Shown here in pieces: positions 58,679-64,000 of a DNA stretch of 64,000 bases (the stretch's first letter is position 1; each line of letters starts with the position of its first letter). A program made the translations under genes and the position numbers. The notes under the pieces were generated by a model. That model made no database searches. It saw only the letters and a program-made list of their open reading frames with translations, and was not told the DNA's origin. This stretch comes from Candidatus Bathyarchaeia archaeon (GTDB taxonomy: Archaea; Thermoproteota; Bathyarchaeia; 40CM-2-53-6). The DNA lies in the NCBI GenBank assembly GCA_049517415.1, contig JBEKSC010000009.1, positions 1-64,000 of the forward strand, in the 5' to 3' direction.

Positions 58679-58796
58679 TTCGCCATCTTTGCAGAGTCCT
58701 TACGGCAAATACGACGACAAGTCCCATGAAAAGAAAGGGAAAGATGAGAAGAGCAAACATACCTAATGCAATTGCTACGAGCAGCTCTTTCTTCAA
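58647..58796 (-). CDS. 49-aa membrane peptide (not in ORF track)
   Basis: TTG start overlapping the upstream stop; MKKELLVAIALGMFALLIFPFLFMGLVVVFAV.. Confidence 0.5.
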   Translation of the reverse strand: MKKELLVAIALGMFALLIFPFLFMGLVVVFAVRTLQRWRNEFCADDDFV

Positions 58797-59077
58797 TCGA
58801 AATCATCCTCGAACCGTCTTTTGAAATTACTAGGCCGTTCAATGTGGACGATTCGCGTATGTGTCACTGTGTGTGTTCGTCGGGGCTCATGATAGTCCCA
58901 GTCTCCTGATTCCTCCATGAGCAGGCCAAGTATGGTAAGGCCGCCGACTCCTGTGATCATAATGAGAACCCAAATGGCTGCGTTGTAGCCGTTGACAAAG
59001 CCCAGCACTGCACCCCAAAGTATCACGAAAGCCATCGCAAAACCAAAAGTGATGGGGAGAGTTGGGAGGATTTCCAA
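58793..59077 (-). CDS. 2-TM membrane protein
   Basis: Two TM segments and a charged tail. Confidence 0.6.
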   Translation of the reverse strand: MEILPTLPITFGFAMAFVILWGAVLGFVNGYNAAIWVLIMITGVGGLTILGLLMEESGDWDYHEPRRTHTVTHTRIVHIERPSNFKRRFEDDFD

Positions 59078-59078
59078 T

Positions 59079-59234
59079 TTAGTAATCCTCCACTTTCCCG
59101 CTCGGGTAGTGCGTTAGCACCGTTGTCCGTTCAGTGACGTCGTGACTTGTGGGTTCGGATGGTATGTCGTCACCATCACTGAGGGCCTTCCCCAAACCCG
59201 CGCCGATTGCAGCTAGTATGATGAACCAGATCAA
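59079..59234 (-). CDS. 51-aa membrane peptide (not in ORF track)
   Basis: GGAGGTGA SD, TTG start, MIWFIILAAIGAGLGKALSD.. Confidence 0.55.
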   Translation of the reverse strand: MIWFIILAAIGAGLGKALSDGDDIPSEPTSHDVTERTTVLTHYPSGKVEDY

Positions 59235-59439
59235 ACAATCACCTCCTCAACAGTACGCAAGGACCTCGCGTACGTAGTCTTCTGTTTCCCTGTAGCTTTT
59301 GGAATAGCTGCCGTAGAGTTTGTAGTCCCATCGTTCGCGGATGATAACAGTGCAGACGTGTTGATCGAGTTTGTCTCCGAACAGCTGTCTCCAAGCGATC
59401 TCATTATGAGAGTTGGCAAGCAACGCAGGCAGGCATGCT

Positions 59440-60270
59440 ATGACCGTACCAGGATTTCCCAAGGCCCTGTGTCAGGTTACACTCTCAGGCCTTGATTATG
59501 AACGGATAGAATACTCAATCAATAGGTTACCCTGTTACAAAATATGGATTGTTGAAAACGATGCAAGCATAGCCAAGGCCGACAAAGCGCTAATCGTCGA
59601 AATTCATAACGATCTCGAAAGAAGACTGCGAAATCGATTTCAAAAAAACCTGCAGTTTTGTCAAGTGAACTTCCAAAATCCGAGAGAGGCAACACTTGGA
59701 ATGTATGCGGTCATTTTGCGAGAACAAAGAAGAGGCTTCGATGTCTTTGTGAATATAAGCACCGGAACCAAGCCGATGGCAGTCGCAGCAACAGTCGCCG
59801 CGGCCCTTGCGGGGTGCAGTGTGGTTTACTTCCGGGCCAAGGAATACTCGCGCCTCAAAGACAAGGACGAAGTTGTTGCCAAAGGGGTCAAGGCTGACCC
59901 ATCTCCAATAGAAATACCGATATTTCATCTGCTCAGACCTGCCACGCAAATGAGAGAAGAGAGACTTGAGGTCTTAACCGAGCTTGTCAGGGTTGGTAAA
60001 ATCTCGAATGTAAAGGACTTGACGCTAAACAGAAAAAGGAATCTAAGAGGCGCAAGTTTGGACGCTGAACACGCAAGACTGTTGTATCACCTGCACGAAC
60101 TTGAGAAGGACGCATTGGTGAAAGTCGAACGACAAATAGAAAGTAAATCAAACGGGAAGCCGACAAAATTGAAGGAGGAGACTAAGCCGACCGATCTGGG
60201 CAAGTTTATTGTGGAACTCAAGCGAATAGAGAACGAAGTAAATCGGGAACCTGTCCCGAATCCAGACTAG
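59440..60270 (+). CDS. CARF (DUF6293/Csa3-like) plus wHTH transcriptional regulator
   Basis: VFVNISTGTK..A..AA..Y..A.EY; C-terminal YHL.ELEK.LV..TDLGK. Confidence 0.75.
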   Translation: MTVPGFPKALCQVTLSGLDYERIEYSINRLPCYKIWIVENDASIAKADKALIVEIHNDLERRLRNRFQKNLQFCQVNFQNPREATLGMYAVILREQRRGFDVFVNISTGTKPMAVAATVAAALAGCSVVYFRAKEYSRLKDKDEVVAKGVKADPSPIEIPIFHLLRPATQMREERLEVLTELVRVGKISNVKDLTLNRKRNLRGASLDAEHARLLYHLHELEKDALVKVERQIESKSNGKPTKLKEETKPTDLGKFIVELKRIENEVNREPVPNPD

Positions 60271-60333
60271 CTCAATGACTTCAGATTACGTTCTCGGAAA
60301 AATGGAAGAAGGGAGCGGTATGCTCCCAGCTTC

Positions 60334-60690
60334 TTACAAAGTCACGACTTGAATTCCGTCTACGAGTTTTCCTGCGAAGTTCTTCTTCACGACGATCAGG
60401 CTAATCTGCTTACCCGTCCATAGATCAGTGTCGTCTCCATATTTCTCTGCGATTATCTTGCTGTTCGTGCTGTTCAACGCAAGCTGCTTGGAGGTCTCGT
60501 TAAAGGAAAGAACGACCTTGTTCCTTGCATCTTCTCCTTGACCTAACTTCTTGACTTCTGCGGTCCTTATCGTTAGCATTGTGTTGTTGAGGTTCTCCGA
60601 AACAATATTCGTGGAGTTGAGATAGTTCCAGTTATCTCCAGCGTATGCGTTCTCTTCGTATTGACGATATACTTCCATTACATTGGCCAT
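60334..60690 (-). CDS. Virus-type OB-fold-like protein (possible ssDNA-binding)
   Basis: K.VL.F..K.L.LN.TN..I...YGDDTD.W.GK.I.L.....F.G..VDGI pattern, recalled from phage proteins. Confidence 0.55.
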   Translation of the reverse strand: MANVMEVYRQYEENAYAGDNWNYLNSTNIVSENLNNTMLTIRTAEVKKLGQGEDARNKVVLSFNETSKQLALNSTNSKIIAEKYGDDTDLWTGKQISLIVVKKNFAGKLVDGIQVVTL

Positions 60691-60744
60691 GTTTTCACAC
60701 TCCTTGGGCTCTGTTTGCTTTGACCCATCAGAACCCATACCAAC

Positions 60745-60927
60745 TCAGCAAGCCCTCTTGCTGAAGCTGTCTATCGGCCTCACTTTCTTCAGCGTCTTCT
60801 TGTCTCGAAGCAACGATGATAATTTCGCGTTAAGTTCCTTCCTTAGTATCGACCGTTGCTCTTCCAAGTCCCTAATCTGTATCTGAATCTCTATTATCTC
60901 GTCTTGAAGTCTCTGTAGTTTGCTCAT
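60745..60927 (-). CDS. Short coiled-coil protein
   Basis: Heptad pattern. Confidence 0.5.
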   Translation of the reverse strand: MSKLQRLQDEIIEIQIQIRDLEEQRSILRKELNAKLSSLLRDKKTLKKVRPIDSFSKRAC

Positions 60928-61455
60928 CGTCTCACATCCTCTCGAGTTAATAACGGGAGGCGAGTCTTCTTCGTTTCAGCGAAGCGTGGTCGAAGACCGA
61001 AAGGAAGAAAGAACGAGCCGACTCCGCGGATCGGGATTCTGTTTTGAATTGCGCTTTGCCCGTCAGAATATAGGTCCGATGGAATTCATGCGACAAAACT
61101 CATCAATGTTCTCGAAACCACACATTACATCATAGAAATCAATAAGCAAACATGTTCACAGAATTATCAACATCTCTCTAACTCCACGCGATGAAGGACG
61201 AAAGCCCTGAGCGCCTTCACATATTTTCCTACAAACCTGAAAAGTGAGACTTCGTTCTGCCAAGTGAGGAGATCGCATAAATGGCATTACACGCCCTCCG
61301 AACCTTTTGCAATCTGGCAGCATCTTCCGACAAAGACGGCTAAAGGAAGTATTTGACCCCCACTTCGCTCAGCAAGGCAGAATCATGCGACCAGCCCGAA
61401 TTGTAGTCTTAAGTTGTCTTCTCAGCTATGGATTGCGGACAGCGAGCAAAGTGAG

Positions 61456-61926
61456 TTAAGAAATATGCTCAGCTGGCGCAGATTCATTATAGAACAATCC
61501 GAAAATACTCAAGACCATCGGCCCTCGTAATTCATTTTTCGCGAGAAACATTTCCCAGTGCTTCTCAGGCTCATACTTGGGGTCGGGTTCTGTGTGAGGC
61601 CAGCTGACTATCTTGCCCAAGTATCGGCAGAGGTCTACGTGAAGGCGGAGAACAACTTCATCGCCCCAGCGGGACAGCGGAACTCGGTATTCAGGAAAAT
61701 TATGTGGAAACCCGACCGGTTTCGCCGTCGTTGGACCCTTGTGCGTGGGATTTTGCAGGATCGCTGTCGTATTCCATTCGAGGGCTTCGTAGGTTTTTCT
61801 GATGTCAGGTAGTCGAGTCAGTCGATGAATGAATATCTCATCAGACCGCAGATCAGACCTCTCTGGAAGGTTGTCCCAGCCAATCGTTCGAGGCTGAATC
61901 TCTTGTTGCCCAACTTCTCCAGCCAA
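61456..61926 (-). CDS. Hypothetical protein
   Basis: 156-aa ORF, GGAG upstream. Confidence 0.5.
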   Translation of the reverse strand: MAGEVGQQEIQPRTIGWDNLPERSDLRSDEIFIHRLTRLPDIRKTYEALEWNTTAILQNPTHKGPTTAKPVGFPHNFPEYRVPLSRWGDEVVLRLHVDLCRYLGKIVSWPHTEPDPKYEPEKHWEMFLAKNELRGPMVLSIFGLFYNESAPAEHIS

Positions 61927-61994
61927 TCCTGCTCCTCGAAGGGTTTTCGCATTGCCTTGAAATAAGGTTTCGACGTTCCACTCGTTTCATTTTG

Positions 61995-62026
61995 TATACC
62001 GGACGATTAGTCATCTATACCGGACG
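61995..62026. promoter_or_regulatory. Direct repeat TATACCGGACG x2 at 21-bp spacing in a divergent promoter
   Basis: 61995-62005 and 62016-62026; TATAAG box at ~62049. Confidence 0.55.
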
Positions 62027-62076
62027 GGTGCGGGCACAATGGCTCAACTATAAGCGCTCTCGAAACCAAATAATGA

Positions 62077-62721
62077 ATGATGGCATTTTGGAATCGATGG
62101 TTCAGAAAAGAAGAATCGAAAGTTGAAACGACACAACCTGTTGCAAGTGACCGGGAGCTGGTCATGCAATGGGTTCAGAGCGTCAATGATTCACTCATAG
62201 GTATCGGAGAAGAACTGAGAAAGGTGCCTTCTGAAACGGCGGCCATCTACAATCAGAGTCTCGAAAACAGCAACCGAGACGTTCTAAGAAAGTTGGACGA
62301 GCTGCCTGATAAGATAACAGGGCCCTTGAAGGAGATGATCGCCATCTCGAAGCAGGAAATCTTGGCCGAACTAGTTCGCATCAGTTCGCACTATAATGCG
62401 CATCATTCGCATGATTCGGATAGTGCGCAGATTCTAAAACCCGTTCAAGAGATAACGAATGGTTTGACGGGTAAGCAAAGGAAGCTTCTGGCTATACTCC
62501 TGGGTTCAGGGTTCCTCTCATACGCTGAGATCGGAGAGAAGCTTGGAATAACCCACGAATCAGCAAAGAATCTTGTGAATAGGCTTCTAAAGGACAAAGA
62601 GAAGGCGAGGCTATTCTCAAAACAGGAGACCGATAGAGGCGTTATAGTGGGTGTGTCGAGCGAAGCTCAGGATGAGATATTAGAGAAAAAGTACCGAACT
62701 ACAGCGAACGATTCGACATGA
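62077..62721 (+). CDS. Coiled-coil plus C-terminal HTH protein
   Basis: LTGKQRKLL..LSYAEIGEKLGITHESAKNLVNRL. Confidence 0.75.
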   Translation: MMAFWNRWFRKEESKVETTQPVASDRELVMQWVQSVNDSLIGIGEELRKVPSETAAIYNQSLENSNRDVLRKLDELPDKITGPLKEMIAISKQEILAELVRISSHYNAHHSHDSDSAQILKPVQEITNGLTGKQRKLLAILLGSGFLSYAEIGEKLGITHESAKNLVNRLLKDKEKARLFSKQETDRGVIVGVSSEAQDEILEKKYRTTANDST

Positions 62722-62746
62722 TTCGACGAATGATTCGAACGATTCG
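62710..62746 (+). repeat. Four GATTCG hexamers over the HTH gene stop
   Basis: 62710, 62720, 62732, 62741. Confidence 0.6.
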
Positions 62747-62887
62747 CACGATGCGGATAATTCGGCAGCGATTACTTTTGGACGTCTGAGGCTCATTGTT
62801 ATTTATTGCCTTACGTGGCCGCTGAACAAGACCACCAGAAGATTCGTAAAGAACTTCCATCTCAGTGAATCCCCCTTGGTTAAGGGC

Positions 62888-64000
62888 ATGTCATCTGAGA
62901 CTGAACTTGCTGCAGTTACTGAGTCCCCTTCATCAGTAAATCGAACTATTGCAATTGTTAAAACGAATAAAGACTTGCTGCACAGATTCGTGTCATACGG
63001 TGAGTTTCTAGGAATCATCGTAGACGTATTCTACGATCTCGGTCACAGTCGAAAGAGAATAGCGATAAAGAATCTAGTAAAACGCAACTCTAGCGAGACC
63101 GTTGAGCCGGTGAGAGATGCCCCGTCTCCTGATCTCAATGTTAATCTCGCTTCGGCTGTTGACCTGAGGAAGTTTTTCCCAACAAAGCCTTTTCCGAATC
63201 ATGGATACATTGGCACTGTAAGGGGCACAGATTATCCGGTTCCCATTGACCTAGAAAAACTCTGCTACCGAAATGCAGCAGTACTTGCTGGCACTGGTCA
63301 CGGAAAATCGACGTTAGCTGCACTTCTCGCTTGCGAGCTATATGCATCCGGAAAGAGAATTGTTGTAATCGACCCTACTGGCGAGTGGAAACGAATTGTG
63401 AGGCAACTTGCTCCATCTCTCAGCATTCCCGAGGGCAGCATAAAGTGCGATGTAATCCCCCCTATAGGAGACAATGATACACTTCTCTACGAGACGTCCA
63501 GAAGAATTCTAATCGCTGCCCTCAGACCAAATAGTGATTTGTTTGAGATTGTTGATGTCTCATTTCCGGACTGGATTGGTTCAATCCTTGCCAAGAAGAA
63601 GAAACAACGCATGATGGCATGGCGTATTGAGGAGGATCTGATTAGCCAGGCATCATCACATTTCGCGGAAACAGAAAAGACGTATGACTTCAAAACGTGC
63701 GTCATTCTTGAGGAGGCGCATGATTTTGTTCCGGCGAAACCGATGCACGATGACCAAGAGGCACTCACTGAAACGTTCGCGGTAGCAACCAAAGAGTTCA
63801 GGAAGCATGGTCTCGGACACATCTTTATCGACCAAAGCCTAAGAACAATTTCACCGGAATTGCAAATCCAAACATTCCTATTTGGGTCAACTAATGCCCC
63901 TGCAGACCTACTTTTTCTGAGAAAACAGCTTGGGGAGGACATTGCTTCAGCGATACAGCGCACAAGTGCCACATTGACGAGAACATGGGTTGCTTTTGGA
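62888..64000 (+). CDS. HerA-like ATPase (partial, runs off the window; not in ORF track)
   Basis: Manual translation from ATG 62888: RNAAVLAGTGHGKS, VIDPTGEW, ILEEAHDFVP, EFRKHGLG..DQ. Confidence 0.85.
   Translation, partial: MSSETELAAVTESPSSVNRTIAIVKTNKDLLHRFVSYGEFLGIIVDVFYDLGHSRKRIAIKNLVKRNSSETVEPVRDAPSPDLNVNLASAVDLRKFFPTKPFPNHGYIGTVRGTDYPVPIDLEKLCYRNAAVLAGTGHGKSTLAALLACELYASGKRIVVIDPTGEWKRIVRQLAPSLSIPEGSIKCDVIPPIGDNDTLLYETSRRILIAALRPNSDLFEIVDVSFPDWIGSILAKKKKQRMMAWRIEEDLISQASSHFAETEKTYDFKTCVILEEAHDFVPAKPMHDDQEALTETFAVATKEFRKHGLGHIFIDQSLRTISPELQIQTFLFGSTNAPADLLFLRKQLGEDIASAIQRTSATLTRTWVAFG

Larger units (their letters stand above)
48872..64000. mobile_element. Probable integrated element beginning at the 3' end of tRNA-Ala; right end outside the window
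   Basis: Abrupt switch to non-housekeeping genes: extra PolB, two HerA/VirB4-like ATPases, RHH, CARF-HTH, virus-like and Zn-finger ORFs; no integrase or att copy seen in the window. Confidence 0.65.

Noticed and set aside
63487..63972. 161-aa minus-strand ORF and similar antisense ORFs in the track
   Set aside because: Shadow of the plus-strand HerA gene; most short overlapping antisense ORFs were ignored for the same reason.

Overview
Archaeal genomic window, most likely TACK (Bathyarchaeia/Nitrososphaeria-like). This is inferred from tRNAs with multiple bulge-helix-bulge (BHB) introns, a PolB1-type polymerase, SoxL/SoxN-type Rieske/cytochrome b genes and GGAGGTGA Shine-Dalgarno sites. 1-25 kb is an accessory, partly decayed region: SRPBCC genes, a Rieske/cytochrome b operon with unusual His-containing membrane genes, a hemerythrin islet between two ~80-bp repeats that end in tRNA-like 3' arms, a Cas1-solo fragment, a tyrosine integrase, further tRNA-end remnants and toxin-antitoxin pairs. 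25-47 kb is mostly housekeeping: mscL, citrate synthase, a GcvH/LbpA-TusA fusion beside a rhodanese, guaB, fused ETF, a TPP riboswitch-thiT unit and nfo. 47-49 kb holds tRNA-His and tRNA-Ala, each with two introns, and a free-standing LAGLIDADG gene between tRNA-His and an intron-containing tRNA 3' fragment. From tRNA-Ala to the window end lies a probable integrated element. It encodes a PolB1 paralog whose whole proofreading domain is deleted, a HerA/VirB4-like ATPase fused to a PD-(D/E)XK-like domain, small membrane and Zn-finger proteins, a CARF-HTH regulator, a NUDIX-like protein and a second HerA ATPase. No CRISPR array or rRNA was seen. All family assignments come from motif recognition by eye; no database searches were run.
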